The notes under the pieces were generated by a model, which did not search any database, was not told the DNA's origin, and saw only the letters and a program-made list of their open reading frames with translations. A stretch of 64,000 nucleotides of DNA from NCBI GenBank assembly GCA_028867075.1, contig JAGWGZ010000001.1:26660-90659 (forward strand), in the 5' to 3' direction. This stretch comes from Nanobdellota archaeon. GTDB taxonomy: Archaea; Nanobdellota; Nanobdellia; Pacearchaeales; GW2011-AR1. The translations under genes and the position numbers were made by a program. Below, piece by piece: positions 1 to 10,073 of the stretch (position 1 is its first letter; every line of letters starts with the position of its first letter).

Positions 1-128
1 TTTCTTCAGGTTTTTTTTCTGTTTTCTTCTCTGATTTTTTTGGCATTTAGTTAATTTGCGAAGTAGTTTTTTAAATGTTCCTGTACCTTTTATGTAAGAT
101 TTTTAAATAAGGTTTCATTGTTAAAAAT

Positions 129-926
129 ATGGGCAAGGTTATCGGCATACTGAGCCTCAAAGGGGGTGTCGGGAAAACTTCTGCAGTACTTTCTCTTGGT
201 TCTGCAGTCGCAGAGCTTGGAAGAAGAGTCCTGCTTGTCGATGGAAATCTATCTGCCCCTAATCTCGGCGTGCACTTAAACCTGATTGAGCCTGAAATCA
301 CGCTCCATCACGTCCTGAATAGCGATCAGAACATTGAGGACTCAATTGTGACTCTTGACGACTTTAATTTTGATGTCATTCCGGCTTCAATCTTTTACAG
401 AAGCAGGATAAATCCATTCAAGCTGAAGGAGAAACTAAGAATCATGAAAGGGAGATATGATTTAATACTCATAGACTCATCGCCTGCTATGAATGATGAA
501 ACTCTGGCTGTTATGCTTGCTTCTGATGAAATCTTTATTGTGACGACCCCGGATTATCCCACTCTGAGCATGACTATAAAGGCGATAAAGGATGCACGAA
601 CAAGGGGAATAAAGGTCGATGGTCTGATACTTAACAAAGTATATGGTAAGCCTTTTGAAATCCCGATTGACCAGATAGAAAAAACAGCAGACATCCCTGT
701 CCTGGCAGTGATACCTGATGATATGAGCGTGCTGAAATCCACCTCGCAATTTGTTCCGCCATTCATGCAGAATCCAAATTCCAGAGGGGGAGCAGAATAC
801 AGGAAACTTGCAGGAGTCATTATCGGAGAAAAGTACAAGCCGCGCGGTCTTTTCGGTTTCCTTAGAACTCCAAAAAGGCAGGATGTCAACAGGGAAATCT
901 TTTACGAGACAATTTTCAAGGACTGA
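129..926 (+). CDS. MinD/ParA-family P-loop ATPase
   Basis: N-terminal deviant Walker A LKGGVGKT; length and layout typical of MinD/ParA/Mrp ATPases. Confidence 0.8.
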   Translation: MGKVIGILSLKGGVGKTSAVLSLGSAVAELGRRVLLVDGNLSAPNLGVHLNLIEPEITLHHVLNSDQNIEDSIVTLDDFNFDVIPASIFYRSRINPFKLKEKLRIMKGRYDLILIDSSPAMNDETLAVMLASDEIFIVTTPDYPTLSMTIKAIKDARTRGIKVDGLILNKVYGKPFEIPIDQIEKTADIPVLAVIPDDMSVLKSTSQFVPPFMQNPNSRGGAEYRKLAGVIIGEKYKPRGLFGFLRTPKRQDVNREIFYETIFKD

Positions 927-972
927 TTCTTTTAGACAAACCTTATAAAGAATTTATTTTTGTTTCTTCCAT

Positions 973-1045
973 AGCCCTGTAGTCTAGTGGTCAAAGATAC
1001 AAGGTTTTGGACCTTGTGACCCAGGTTCGAATCCTGGCAGGGCTA
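973..1045 (+). tRNA. tRNA-Gln (anticodon UUG)
   Basis: Manual cloverleaf: acceptor AGCCCTG/CAGGGCT plus A73, anticodon stem ACAAG/CTTGT with loop TTTTGGA, T-arm CCAGG-TTCGAAT-CCTGG. Confidence 0.8.
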
Positions 1046-1248
1046 ATAATGATTGAAGATATCGCCCTAGAAATTGGGATGTTAGGATTAGGAGAATTGC
1101 TTTTTTATTATCTGGGATTTACTGTCTTTACAGATATTTCGCTTTCAATGAAGTGTCTTCTTTAGTTTTAGGGTGCTTTTTATTAGGTCTGACTATATTC
1201 GGAATAATTTATTGGATTTTTAAGAAAGAAAGTCTTTTCAGTCATTCT

Positions 1249-1878
1249 TTATGAGCCCTGCTTGTATCTCCCGCGTTTTTCAACAGCCTCAAGCCTTTCA
1301 AGAACTTTATGAGACTCTGAAGAATAATCTGCTTCATATCCACTTCTTACAGAATTGAATAAGGCCTTCCAGTTTGCAGAAAAGCCGGCTTCAAGAGCTT
1401 CTTTCAGGAGATGCAAATCAACTGCCTTATCTTCTATTTTCATGCTTATGAATCCCAACCCAAAGTCAATCAGGTAAATCTTAGTTTCACCTTTATTTCC
1501 GGCAAGAATCATGTTACTTGGTGTCAGGTCACCATGGATTATACTCTCATGGTGGAGTTTTGCTATGTTCTTTCCGACTAATTCGCAAATCTCTTTCTGT
1601 TTCTCACTTGGAAATTTGTCAAGATAATCAGAAAGTCTTTCTCCGTCGATTTTTTCCATAACAATTTCTTTTGAATTTTCATCAACTTTCAAAACCCGCG
1701 GTGCGGGAATAACTCTTCCCGCTTTCTCCAAAATCTTTGCCTCGCTACGTGTCCTTAACTTCCTGATTTTTTCATCGATCTCTTTTATTCTATAAGACTT
1801 TGAAATCCTTTTTTTTACAATTCCCTCTTTCCTTTCTTCGATTAATGCTTCTGCTCCTTGTGAAATAATCCGGCCCAT
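1249..1878 (-). CDS. bud32: Bud32/PRPK kinase (KEOPS complex, Kae1-associated)
   Basis: About 209 aa; small atypical kinase motifs IIHGDLTPSNMIL and LIDFGLG characteristic of archaeal Bud32. Confidence 0.8.
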   Translation of the reverse strand: MGRIISQGAEALIEERKEGIVKKRISKSYRIKEIDEKIRKLRTRSEAKILEKAGRVIPAPRVLKVDENSKEIVMEKIDGERLSDYLDKFPSEKQKEICELVGKNIAKLHHESIIHGDLTPSNMILAGNKGETKIYLIDFGLGFISMKIEDKAVDLHLLKEALEAGFSANWKALFNSVRSGYEADYSSESHKVLERLEAVEKRGRYKQGS

Positions 1879-1881
1879 TTT

Positions 1882-2328
1882 TTACCCTCTGCTTTTGCTT
1901 GCTTCTTCATTTATTTTTCTAATTTTTTTCTCAGGAACATTCAGGATTATAAACCCGGCGATCATTCCGAGGTCCACCACAAGACAATACTTGCAATAGG
2001 CATGAATAACAAACTGCTGAAGATAAAGGAAATACAAGACAATGAGTGTTCCGATGAAAACTCCTATGTGAATCAGAAATTTTGTATGCCTGTGTGGTCT
2101 TCTTATGTGAAGAATTGCAAGAAAAGACATCAGCGCAAAAATCGCAATGCCATAATAACTGTTGGAGATTCCGAAAGTTTTTGCATATACTGAAGTTTGC
2201 ACTGCATTGCATCCCGCGAACTGCGTGCATATCAACGGAAGAGGCACAAGAGACAGAACCAGAGAACTTGCCAAAGCCGCGAGAAATATCACGAGGAGTA
2301 TTTTGTAGCGAAGATGTGCAACTCTCAT
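1882..2328 (-). CDS. small polytopic membrane protein, possibly VKOR-like (CxxC pairs)
   Basis: Multiple predicted TM helices; CTQFAGC and CKYC motifs. Family assignment is tentative. Confidence 0.4.
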   Translation of the reverse strand: MRVAHLRYKILLVIFLAALASSLVLSLVPLPLICTQFAGCNAVQTSVYAKTFGISNSYYGIAIFALMSFLAILHIRRPHRHTKFLIHIGVFIGTLIVLYFLYLQQFVIHAYCKYCLVVDLGMIAGFIILNVPEKKIRKINEEASKSRG

Positions 2329-2369
2329 GAGAATATCTTGAAAAGATTATTTAATAAGATTATGCATCG

Positions 2370-3785
2370 CTAAAATCTCAGCCCCTTCTTTCCAAGTTTT
2401 TTCATCATCTTCTGCAGCTGCTTCTGGCTTATGCCATTCGAGAGATCTGCAGAGGATGCATCTTTTATCATTGAGCTTAACAGGTCATACTGTTTTAGCA
2501 GGGAGCGAATATTTGCGGTTGCAACTCCAGCGCCTTTTGCAATCCGTGCAATCCGCGAAGTTTGTTTTTTCAGAAGTTCGGGATTGTTTTTTTCTTCCTC
2601 AGTCATTGATTTCAGGATGTGTTCCCATTTTGAGATCTTCGCATTTTGCGATTCCATCATTCCCTCCGGCATTTTCGCGCTGATATCTGAAAATCCAGGA
2701 ATAAGGGATTTTATCTTTTCCAGGCCTCCAAGAGAATTCATGGATTTTGCCTGTTCAACAATATCACCGAGAGAAAGTTTTCCTTCTTCCAGCCTCTTTT
2801 TCATGCCTTCCTGCTTTTTTTCATCTGTCACTGAGCGAACTTTTTCAAGAAGTGCTTCAAGGTCGCCCATGCCGAGAAGGCGCGAAAGGAATGATTTTGG
2901 ATTGAATTCTTCCAGGTCATTTATCTTTTCTCCTGTTGTAATGAAATATACGGGCGCTTTTGTCTGCGCGCATGCTGTCAGTGCCCCTCCGCCCTTTGCA
3001 GTTGAGTCCATTCGGGTTATTATAACTCCTGAAATATTCAGAGCATTCCTGAAGTATTCTGCCTGTTCTTTTGCAGCTTGTCCAATGTCTGCAGGCATGA
3101 CGAGAATTGTTTCTGTAGGCTGTATTTTTTTATGCAGTTGTTCTATTTCTTTTACAAGCTCCTTGTCAAGATTGTGCCTTCCGGCAGTATCAATTAGCAC
3201 GACATCAAACTTTTTCAGTTCAGGTTCAAATCTTTTCCAGATTTTCAGCGCATCTTTTTCATCCTGTTCTGTAAAGACAGCAAGATTATTCTGCTTTCCA
3301 AGCTGCATTAACTGCTCTTTTGCAGCCGGACGATGCACGTCCAATCCGATAAGCGCCACTCTGCTGCTTCTTTTTGCAAACCAGTTTCCCAACTTTGCAA
3401 TTGTTGTTGTTTTTCCAGAAGCATACAACCCCACGAGCATTATTCTGTTCTGGCTTTTTTTAAGAATGAGCTGCTTATGCTCTCCGAGAATTGAAAGAAG
3501 CTCATCATAAAGTGCCTTCACAAGGTGCTCTTTTTTTTCTATCCCCACTATTCTTTCATCAAAAGCAATTTTCCTTATTTTATCGCTTAATTCTTTCACG
3601 AGCGCGATGTTTACGTCTGCTTCAATCAGCGCTCTTTGCAAATCACGGACTATAGAATCAACCAAATCCCGGTCCAAAAACAGCGCATTTGTTATGCGGT
3701 TTGTGGTTTTTTTCAGTATCTCGCCAAGCCTTTCCAGCATGCTTTTCTGAGACAACAGAGAGTTAATAAATTTTGGGTCAGGCAA
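2370..3785 (-). CDS. srp54: signal recognition particle protein SRP54
   Basis: GTPase motifs GLYASGKTTT, DTAGRH; Met-rich C-terminal M-domain; 471 aa. Confidence 0.9.
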   Translation of the reverse strand: MPDPKFINSLLSQKSMLERLGEILKKTTNRITNALFLDRDLVDSIVRDLQRALIEADVNIALVKELSDKIRKIAFDERIVGIEKKEHLVKALYDELLSILGEHKQLILKKSQNRIMLVGLYASGKTTTIAKLGNWFAKRSSRVALIGLDVHRPAAKEQLMQLGKQNNLAVFTEQDEKDALKIWKRFEPELKKFDVVLIDTAGRHNLDKELVKEIEQLHKKIQPTETILVMPADIGQAAKEQAEYFRNALNISGVIITRMDSTAKGGGALTACAQTKAPVYFITTGEKINDLEEFNPKSFLSRLLGMGDLEALLEKVRSVTDEKKQEGMKKRLEEGKLSLGDIVEQAKSMNSLGGLEKIKSLIPGFSDISAKMPEGMMESQNAKISKWEHILKSMTEEEKNNPELLKKQTSRIARIAKGAGVATANIRSLLKQYDLLSSMIKDASSADLSNGISQKQLQKMMKKLGKKGLRF

Positions 3786-3926
3786 ATTTAAAAATCCTAA
3801 ACTTCATCAAGCAGGTGAAAACCAAAACAGAAAAGTGTCCTATCTGTTGCATCAAGGCATCACCGGAATGTTACAAGTGCAATAAGCATTGCGATTGTGA
3901 ATACTTTGACTTAAATTTAAACAAGA

Positions 3927-5039
3927 TTATAGGCCCAATTTGTCAAGGAACTTATTTTTATCAAAAGGTTCTATATCGGAGTACTTTTGGCCTGTGCCGA
4001 GGAATAATATCGGCTTTTTTGTAACAAAACCGACTGAGAGCGCAGTGCCGCCTTTTTCATCTATGTCTGATTTTGCAAGAATCAATCCGTCTATTCCTAT
4101 ACTCTCATTGAAAATCCTCGCCTGTTCGGTCGCATCATTTCCGGTTATTGATTCTCCGACAAATATCTTCAGGTCAGGAGAGCAGACTTTGGAAATCTTT
4201 TCCATCTCTTTTATCAGGTTCTTTTCAGTATGCATTCTTCCGGCAGTGTCTATTAAAACGCAGTCCGCCCTGTTTTTCTTTGCATAGTTTATTGCATCAA
4301 AACCAACTGATGCAGGATCAGATCCATATTCGTGAGCTATAACTGGAATTCCGATATTTTCTCCGTGCTCTTTCAGCTGCTCTATTGAGGCTGCCCTGAA
4401 TGTATCTGCCGCAGCAAGCACGCATTTTATCTTCCGCGATTTCAGGAATTCCGCAATCTTTGCAATTGAAGTTGTTTTCCCGCTTCCATTTATCCCGAAA
4501 AACAGGATGACAAAGGGTTTCTTTTCACTTTCAATTACCCTTTCAAGAAGGTCGAATGGCTTGACCAATATCTCAGAGATAATATCCCCGAGAGCATTTT
4601 TTATTTCTCCCTCAATTCCATTTTTTAGCAACTCTCTTCCGACGATCCGCGATTTCAGCTCTTTTATTATTCTGTCGGAGACTTCAAAGGCGACATTATT
4701 CTCAAGAAGAAGGAGTTCAAGTTCATCCCTGTACCTGTCAAATTCATCCTCCGATATCTTTATTTTCCCTGTTTTTTCTTTTATCCTCTGGAAGAAAGAT
4801 TTCGGGAGTTCCTTTTCATTTTCCCGGTCTTCTAGCTTTGGTTCATGGCCAAATATTTCACCCCTTAGGGCCGCGTCCAAATCCGTTCCAAGCTGCTTCA
4901 ATGCAATTCCTTTCTTTGGTTTTTTAGAAATCTTTTCCTCAGGTTTGGTCTCGGATTTTTCTTCTTTCGGGGATTTTGCGACTTTTTCTGTCCACTGTTT
5001 CAGCTTTTCTTTCAGAAATTTGAACATTTTACTTATCAA
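3927..5039 (-). CDS. ftsY: SRP receptor FtsY
   Basis: SRP-GTPase motifs GINGSGKTTS, DTAGRMH; Lys/Glu-rich N-terminal region; adjacent to srp54. Confidence 0.9.
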   Translation of the reverse strand: MISKMFKFLKEKLKQWTEKVAKSPKEEKSETKPEEKISKKPKKGIALKQLGTDLDAALRGEIFGHEPKLEDRENEKELPKSFFQRIKEKTGKIKISEDEFDRYRDELELLLLENNVAFEVSDRIIKELKSRIVGRELLKNGIEGEIKNALGDIISEILVKPFDLLERVIESEKKPFVILFFGINGSGKTTSIAKIAEFLKSRKIKCVLAAADTFRAASIEQLKEHGENIGIPVIAHEYGSDPASVGFDAINYAKKNRADCVLIDTAGRMHTEKNLIKEMEKISKVCSPDLKIFVGESITGNDATEQARIFNESIGIDGLILAKSDIDEKGGTALSVGFVTKKPILFLGTGQKYSDIEPFDKNKFLDKLGL

Positions 5040-5051
5040 GAATTTGCATTA

Positions 5052-5384
5052 TTAAACTCTTCCGTATTCGTCTTCATATCTTTTTTCATCGTTTTCCCTG
5101 AAGCTTCCTGTCGCGATTTCTATCAGTTCAACTTTTTTGTTCCCCGCAATTATCCTGTGCTTTTGGTTTTTTTTGACATGCACAAAATCGCCCTCTTTTA
5201 CACGGAATTTCTTGCTGCCAACCTGTGCTGATGCACTGTCAAGAAAATACCAGCTTTCTTCCCTATGCCTGTGGCTTTGAAGGCTTAATTCTTGGTGCGG
5301 ATTTAATGTTAGAAGCTTTACAGTGCATTTTTTGTTAAGGGCAAATTGTTTGAAATTTCCCCATGGTCTTTTAACCTCTTTCAT
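5052..5384 (-). CDS. cupin-domain protein
   Basis: 110 aa; H-x-H...E metal-site pattern typical of small cupin proteins. Confidence 0.5.
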   Translation of the reverse strand: MKEVKRPWGNFKQFALNKKCTVKLLTLNPHQELSLQSHRHREESWYFLDSASAQVGSKKFRVKEGDFVHVKKNQKHRIIAGNKKVELIEIATGSFRENDEKRYEDEYGRV

Positions 5385-5437
5385 ACACTATATCAGAGTT
5401 AAAAAATCTTTATAAAGTTTAACACTCTTTTTAGCTT

Positions 5438-6730
5438 ATGAAGGGGGTGCTGGTTATTCTTGACGGTCTTGGGGATTTGCCTACTGACTCACTTGAAGGT
5501 AAAACCCCCCTTGAATCAGCTGAAACTCCCAACCTGAATTTCCTTGCTACGAGAGGAGAGACAGGATATCTCTATTCAGTGCGCCCTGGTTTTATCCCGG
5601 AATCAGATGAGGCGATTGTTTCTATCTTTGGAAACGAACAGATAGACAGTACGAGAGGTCAGTTGGAAGCGCGGGGTGCAGGCCTAGAATTAGCGCACGG
5701 AGACCTGGCATTCAGGGTTAATTTTGCGACCGTGGATTCTTTCAAATCAGGAAATATAATTGACAGGAGGGCAGGCAGAACACTCACTACTGCAGAAGCA
5801 GAGAGTCTTGCAAAAGCACTCAATAAAATAAAGATGCCGTGCAGTTTTGTTTTTAAGCCTACTGTCCAGCATCGCGCAGCCCTTGTTTTCAGAGGGGGAT
5901 TTTCTGACAACATATCAGAGAATGACCCCACTTACTTTGAAGGACAGGCGAAATCAATAGACAAGGTGATTCCAATCAGGCCGATGGATGATGATGAAAA
6001 TTCACAGTATACTGCTAATCTTGTAAATGAATTTATTGAAAAGGCATTTGAAGTGCTTGATAAACATCCAATCAATGAAGATCGGAGAAAGAGAGGGCTT
6101 CTTCCCGCAAATTATCTTCTGATTCGCGGACCCGGAATAGATGTCCCGAAGATTAAGCTTTACAGAAACTGGTTGTCTGTTGCATATATGCCTCTTGAAA
6201 AAGGATTTTCACAGCTTAGCGGCATGAAGGTTTTCGGGTTTGATTACCCCAAGCTGAAAGGAATAGACGTTTACAAGAATCTTTGGGAGGGACTTAAAAA
6301 AGCATGCTCTTTTTCAATAAAAGTACTGAGAAGGCAGAAGAATAATTTTGATTATGCTTACATCCACATAAAAGAAACTGATCTGCCGGGGCATGATAAC
6401 AAGCCTCTTGAAAAAAAGGCGATGATTGAGTATCTTGACAAGACGCTTTTCAAGTTTCTCAGGGAATTCGCGCCGCCAAACAAAATTAATGTCGTGGTAA
6501 CTGCGGACCATTCAACCCCCTGCAGGCTGAAAAAGCATTCTGCAGATCCTGTTCCCGTGCTTTTATACAATCAGTCGCTTCCAAGAATTGAGAAAAAGTA
6601 TTCTTATTCAATAGAAAAAGGCAAAGAAGAAAAGATTGCCGGCCAGAAATTCTGTGAGGGGGAAGCAAGAAAGGGAAGCCTTGGCAGGATGATTGCGAGC
6701 GAGATGTTAAAGAAAGTTGGGTTTGTCTGA
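5438..6730 (+). CDS. apgM: 2,3-bisphosphoglycerate-independent phosphoglycerate mutase, archaeal type (aPGM)
   Basis: N-terminus VLVILDGLGD and 430 aa length match archaeal ApgM; conserved C-terminal TADHSTP. Confidence 0.85.
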   Translation: MKGVLVILDGLGDLPTDSLEGKTPLESAETPNLNFLATRGETGYLYSVRPGFIPESDEAIVSIFGNEQIDSTRGQLEARGAGLELAHGDLAFRVNFATVDSFKSGNIIDRRAGRTLTTAEAESLAKALNKIKMPCSFVFKPTVQHRAALVFRGGFSDNISENDPTYFEGQAKSIDKVIPIRPMDDDENSQYTANLVNEFIEKAFEVLDKHPINEDRRKRGLLPANYLLIRGPGIDVPKIKLYRNWLSVAYMPLEKGFSQLSGMKVFGFDYPKLKGIDVYKNLWEGLKKACSFSIKVLRRQKNNFDYAYIHIKETDLPGHDNKPLEKKAMIEYLDKTLFKFLREFAPPNKINVVVTADHSTPCRLKKHSADPVPVLLYNQSLPRIEKKYSYSIEKGKEEKIAGQKFCEGEARKGSLGRMIASEMLKKVGFV

Positions 6731-6778
6731 TTTTTGTGGCATAACAATTCTTAAAAACATCTGGATTTTTTTAGAAAA

Positions 6779-7333
6779 ATGATAACGTACAATGAGATTT
6801 ATGAATCTGCCAGGAAGGAGAGATATTCCGAGCAACTGCAACCCCTGCCGAAAAATTTCATTGCAAGCGTTGCCGAGTATCTGAAAGAAAAGAAAGAGAT
6901 GTCTATGAAAGAAGACGATTCCTTTTCAGATATGATAACAAAAACAAAAAAACAGTTTGAAAATGCCGTAACTTTGTTTAATGAACTAAAAAGAATAAGA
7001 AGAAGAAAAATCCTGAATCTGGTTCTTGTTGCGTCTGAGACCGGAATTTCAAAAAGGGATTTTGAGAACATGCTTGATTTTGAAAAAGAGCTATTTGAAG
7101 AACTGATGAAATGCATTGAAGCGTCAGACAAGAAATTTAACGGGTTGCTTAACGGAGCGAAAAATGAAGTGATGAAGAATGAGATGGTTATGTTCCGGGA
7201 TGATGTTGAAGAATTTCTCGGGCCTGACGGGGAAATGATGGGCGGGTTTATGAAAGGGCAGATTGCAAATCTTCCGCACCAGATTGCACAGATTTTGATT
7301 GAAGACGGAAAGGCGGAGAAAGTTGAAGAATAA
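6779..7333 (+). CDS. GINS subunit (Gins51-like)
   Basis: N-terminal LQPLPKNF A-domain-like segment; C-terminal FLGPDGEMMGGFMKGQIANLPHQIAQILIEDGKAEKV resembles the Gins51 B-domain. Confidence 0.5.
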   Translation: MITYNEIYESARKERYSEQLQPLPKNFIASVAEYLKEKKEMSMKEDDSFSDMITKTKKQFENAVTLFNELKRIRRRKILNLVLVASETGISKRDFENMLDFEKELFEELMKCIEASDKKFNGLLNGAKNEVMKNEMVMFRDDVEEFLGPDGEMMGGFMKGQIANLPHQIAQILIEDGKAEKVEE

Positions 7334-7363
7334 GTTTAAATTCTAAGCAATTGTTATAACTAA

Positions 7364-7891
7364 ATGAAAAGCCTTTCAAGAATAATCACGGGGGTTTTAC
7401 TTGCTTTGGCCGGAATCGGGTTAGTCTTATTCTCCATTTTAACACAGGCAAATTATTATTCTGTTGTTCTCGGCTCTTTTTTTCTATTGTTTGGAATTAT
7501 AATCTTGCTAAACAAGCATGAGGACAAGATTGAAAAAAGCGGAAAAGAAGAGAGTTTGGTTAACGCAAAAAAAGGCATTATTGTGACGACTATGAATGAT
7601 ATCCCCGGAAGGAAAATTCAAAGAGTTTTGGGTATTGTGAGGGGGAATACCGTGAGAAGCAGGAACATTGGAAGAGATATAATGGCCGGTTTCAAGAGCA
7701 TTGTTGGAGGGGAAATAGGAACTTTCACAGAACTGATAAGCCAGTCGCGCGATGAAGCTTACAACAGAATGGTGAACAAGGCAATTGAAATGGGTGCGGA
7801 TGCGATAATCATGATGAGGTTTGATGCTTCTTCTGTGATGAAAAATTCGTCAGAGATTCTGGCTTACGGGACGGCTGTGAAGCTGGGATAA
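7364..7891 (+). CDS. YbjQ/UPF0145-family protein with N-terminal TM segments
   Basis: C-terminal ~100 aa matches the UPF0145 (YbjQ) domain pattern GIVRGNTVRSRNIGRDI...GADAII. Confidence 0.7.
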   Translation: MKSLSRIITGVLLALAGIGLVLFSILTQANYYSVVLGSFFLLFGIIILLNKHEDKIEKSGKEESLVNAKKGIIVTTMNDIPGRKIQRVLGIVRGNTVRSRNIGRDIMAGFKSIVGGEIGTFTELISQSRDEAYNRMVNKAIEMGADAIIMMRFDASSVMKNSSEILAYGTAVKLG

Positions 7892-7892
7892 A

Positions 7893-8468
7893 ATGAAGGG
7901 GATTCAACATTTTTCAATTTCCCTTTTTATTATTCTTGTTATAATCCTATCAGGAGTATTTTTAAAATTCCCGAAATTTTCTTATTTCTCTATTAGCATT
8001 TGGGCTGTTGGACTTTTCTTAATCCTTTTAGGCTCTCTTTTGCCTGACTCCGATAGTGGAAATAAAAAATCTTTAATCTTTGTTTTTTCTAATTCTTCAT
8101 TAAAAAATAATTTTAAATGGGAAGAAAAAGAAATTGTTAAATCGTTTATGGTCTTTTTAGGGGTTCTCTTTTTTCCTATTGCATCTATCACGAATCAATT
8201 GGAGAAACTTTTAAGATTCTACACAAAATTGCCGAGAGGCCATAAACAAACCCTGCATACGATCTTTGGTGTTTTAATAACCTCATTATTTTGGTCTTTA
8301 GTATTTTATTTAATCTTTTTTTGGATAAATCCTTCTAATAATAACTTCTTTATTTTATTGTTTTGGTTTTTATGTTTGCTTTCATCACAGATTTTGCATC
8401 TATTAGAAGATCGGATAGTTGAAAAGCAAGGTTGGAAAATTTCTTGGAAAGGAATGCAAAGCCTCTAG
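7893..8468 (+). CDS. hypothetical polytopic membrane protein
   Basis: ORF with several hydrophobic helices; no recognisable motif. Confidence 0.4.
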   Translation: MKGIQHFSISLFIILVIILSGVFLKFPKFSYFSISIWAVGLFLILLGSLLPDSDSGNKKSLIFVFSNSSLKNNFKWEEKEIVKSFMVFLGVLFFPIASITNQLEKLLRFYTKLPRGHKQTLHTIFGVLITSLFWSLVFYLIFFWINPSNNNFFILLFWFLCLLSSQILHLLEDRIVEKQGWKISWKGMQSL

Positions 8469-8532
8469 AGGGATTTGAACCCCCGACCCCCGGTTTACAA
8501 AACCGATGCTCTAACCACTGAGCTATAGAGGC
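8460..8532 (-). tRNA. tRNA-Thr (anticodon UGU)
   Basis: Reverse complement folds: acceptor GCCTCTA/TAGAGGC plus U73, anticodon loop TTTGTAA, T-arm GGGGG-TTCAAAT-CCCTC. Confidence 0.8.
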
Positions 8533-8640
8533 ATAAGCAAAATCCACGGTTTTTCTTATCAACTTTTCCCCTACGGTGTCTACGGTTTCGTTCGCTTGAC
8601 TTCCCCATAGGGGAGTTTCCCGCAGGCTTAAATTTTAGAG
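8533..8640 (-). promoter_or_regulatory. long structured 5' leader of tRNA-Thr carrying the conserved AAACCGTAG motifs and a CCCCTATGGGG palindrome
   Basis: In RNA orientation it reads GAAACCGTAGACACCGTAGGGG ... AAAAACCGTGG; the related motif recurs upstream of four other minus-strand tRNAs. Confidence 0.45.
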
Positions 8641-8662
8641 AATTGGTTATTTAAAAGATTTC

Positions 8663-9214
8663 TTATTCTACTTTTAGGGGTTTGATAATTTCAAGAACCC
8701 TTATTTCACAAGCTGATAATGGATAGATCTTTTTCAATTTCAGGCTGAGTTCTTTCTGCAGCTGATTTTTCATAAGTTCATCAAATAATGTCTCAGAACT
8801 TTTGTTCTCAAGTTCTGTTATCATCTCTTCTCTTGCCTTGCTCCTAAGGGCTGTTTTTATTGAGTTGTGGACTTTTCTCCTTGTTATCATGAATAGCTTG
8901 ACTTTCAATTCAGAATCTTTGCATTTTGCCGTAAATGAATCCTCAACATAGTCTGTTCCTCTTCGCACGAGCCTGCCGAGCGATGAATGTACTATTTCCA
9001 TTTTTTTGGGAAATGCTGTAAACTTGTCTTTCTCTCCTGAAGGCTTAACTTTAAGGTAAAGCAGAATATTCTTTCCTTTCAGGAGCCTTGTCATGTCGTA
9101 TTTTATCGTCTTCCCCTCAAGTTCTTCAGGCTCATAAGCATAAAGCTGCGTTTCTTTTCCTATAATCGGAATTTCAACATCAAAAAATCTTTTTCTTTTT
9201 TTTGCCTGTGCCAT
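8663..9214 (-). CDS. rps3ae: 30S ribosomal protein S3Ae (S1e)
   Basis: Sequence pattern of archaeal S3Ae; probable start at MAQAKKRKRFFDVEIP (9214) rather than the upstream ATG at 9241. Confidence 0.8.
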   Translation of the reverse strand: MAQAKKRKRFFDVEIPIIGKETQLYAYEPEELEGKTIKYDMTRLLKGKNILLYLKVKPSGEKDKFTAFPKKMEIVHSSLGRLVRRGTDYVEDSFTAKCKDSELKVKLFMITRRKVHNSIKTALRSKAREEMITELENKSSETLFDELMKNQLQKELSLKLKKIYPLSACEIRVLEIIKPLKVE

Positions 9215-9215
9215 T

Positions 9216-9527
9216 TTATTCCTGTGTTTGTTTTCCTGCACGGATTCCTTTCTTCTGGTACTTGGATTTTCCGCATACGCTGCAGGTATACATTATGTTT
9301 GTCTTTTTAGTTGTTTTAGTTTTTCTTTTGAATTTTGTGACAGCAGGCTTGGAACCCCATTTCCCCTTATTTCCAATTCCCCGTCCAAGGCCCCTTAATC
9401 TTGCTCTCTGTTTTGAACCTCTTGTAAGGGTTCCTCTTTTTGCTCCTGTTGAAACTAACTTAATCTTTTGTTCTGTCTGCTTCTTACAATAAGGGCAATA
9501 TCTTTTTGTCTTCTTTGGGATTTTCAT
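9216..9527 (-). CDS. rpl44e: 50S ribosomal protein L44e
   Basis: Two CxxC zinc-ribbon pairs (CPYCKK, CSVCGK) and basic composition match L44e; immediately upstream of rps3ae. Confidence 0.8.
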   Translation of the reverse strand: MKIPKKTKRYCPYCKKQTEQKIKLVSTGAKRGTLTRGSKQRARLRGLGRGIGNKGKWGSKPAVTKFKRKTKTTKKTNIMYTCSVCGKSKYQKKGIRAGKQTQE

Positions 9528-9567
9528 TTTGTTATTGTTTTGACAAGAAAAATTTGGTTTTTAAATC

Positions 9568-9885
9568 TTAGTATGTCCCCGTTAGAATCTTAAATATTAA
9601 TGCCAATGTTATAACTATTACCCCAACAATATATCCTTCTTTAAAGTCGGGGATATACTTCATATATCTTGCAGTTCCGAAATAAGTTCCGGCACTGATT
9701 AAATAATAAAAAGTCAGTTGTAACAGCAATGAATGATAACCAGATATGGGAAATAAAAAATATTTTATATTATAAATAAGTCCATCTGCTATCAGGCTTA
9801 CTCCTCCAGAACCCAAAAGGCCTAAGAAGAAAAAACCGGTAAAATTTGGAAGAGTTGTAGTTTTCTTCTTGCGATTATTTTTCAT
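9568..9885 (-). CDS. hypothetical small membrane protein
   Basis: Three hydrophobic segments; no motif. Confidence 0.35.
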   Translation of the reverse strand: MKNNRKKKTTTLPNFTGFFFLGLLGSGGVSLIADGLIYNIKYFLFPISGYHSLLLQLTFYYLISAGTYFGTARYMKYIPDFKEGYIVGVIVITLALIFKILTGTY

Positions 9886-9916
9886 ATTATCATCCGGAAT
9901 CTTTTATTTATAAAAA

Positions 9917-9988
9917 TGGTCCCACGCAGAATCGGACTGCGGTCTCGTCCACGTCAAGGACGCGTCTTAGCCACTGGACTATGGGACC
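9917..9988 (-). tRNA. tRNA-Val (anticodon GAC)
   Basis: Reverse complement: acceptor GGTCCCA/TGGGACC plus A73, anticodon stem CGTCC/GGACG with loop TTGACGT. T-loop reads TCCGATT, which is non-canonical. Confidence 0.7.
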
Positions 9989-10073
9989 GCGAGGACACCC
10001 ATCGTTTCCTTCGCTTAATCTTCCTTTAAAAGATTATAAAAATATTTAAATATGAAGCGCATTTAAATCTATC

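Noticed and set aside
1046-1248. 38-codon ORF (MIEDIALEIGMLGLGELLFYYLGFTVFTDISLSMKCLL) downstream of tRNA-Gln
   Set aside because: Short and hydrophobic, with no ribosome-binding signal or conservation evidence available, so I did not annotate it as a gene.
2431-3510. 359-aa plus-strand ORF, Ser/Phe/Cys-rich, antisense to srp54
   Set aside because: It lies entirely inside the well-supported SRP54 gene on the opposite strand and has low-complexity composition typical of shadow ORFs.
8350-8562. 70-aa minus-strand ORF overlapping tRNA-Thr
   Set aside because: It overlaps a confidently folded tRNA and its leader, so it is an ORF-caller artefact.
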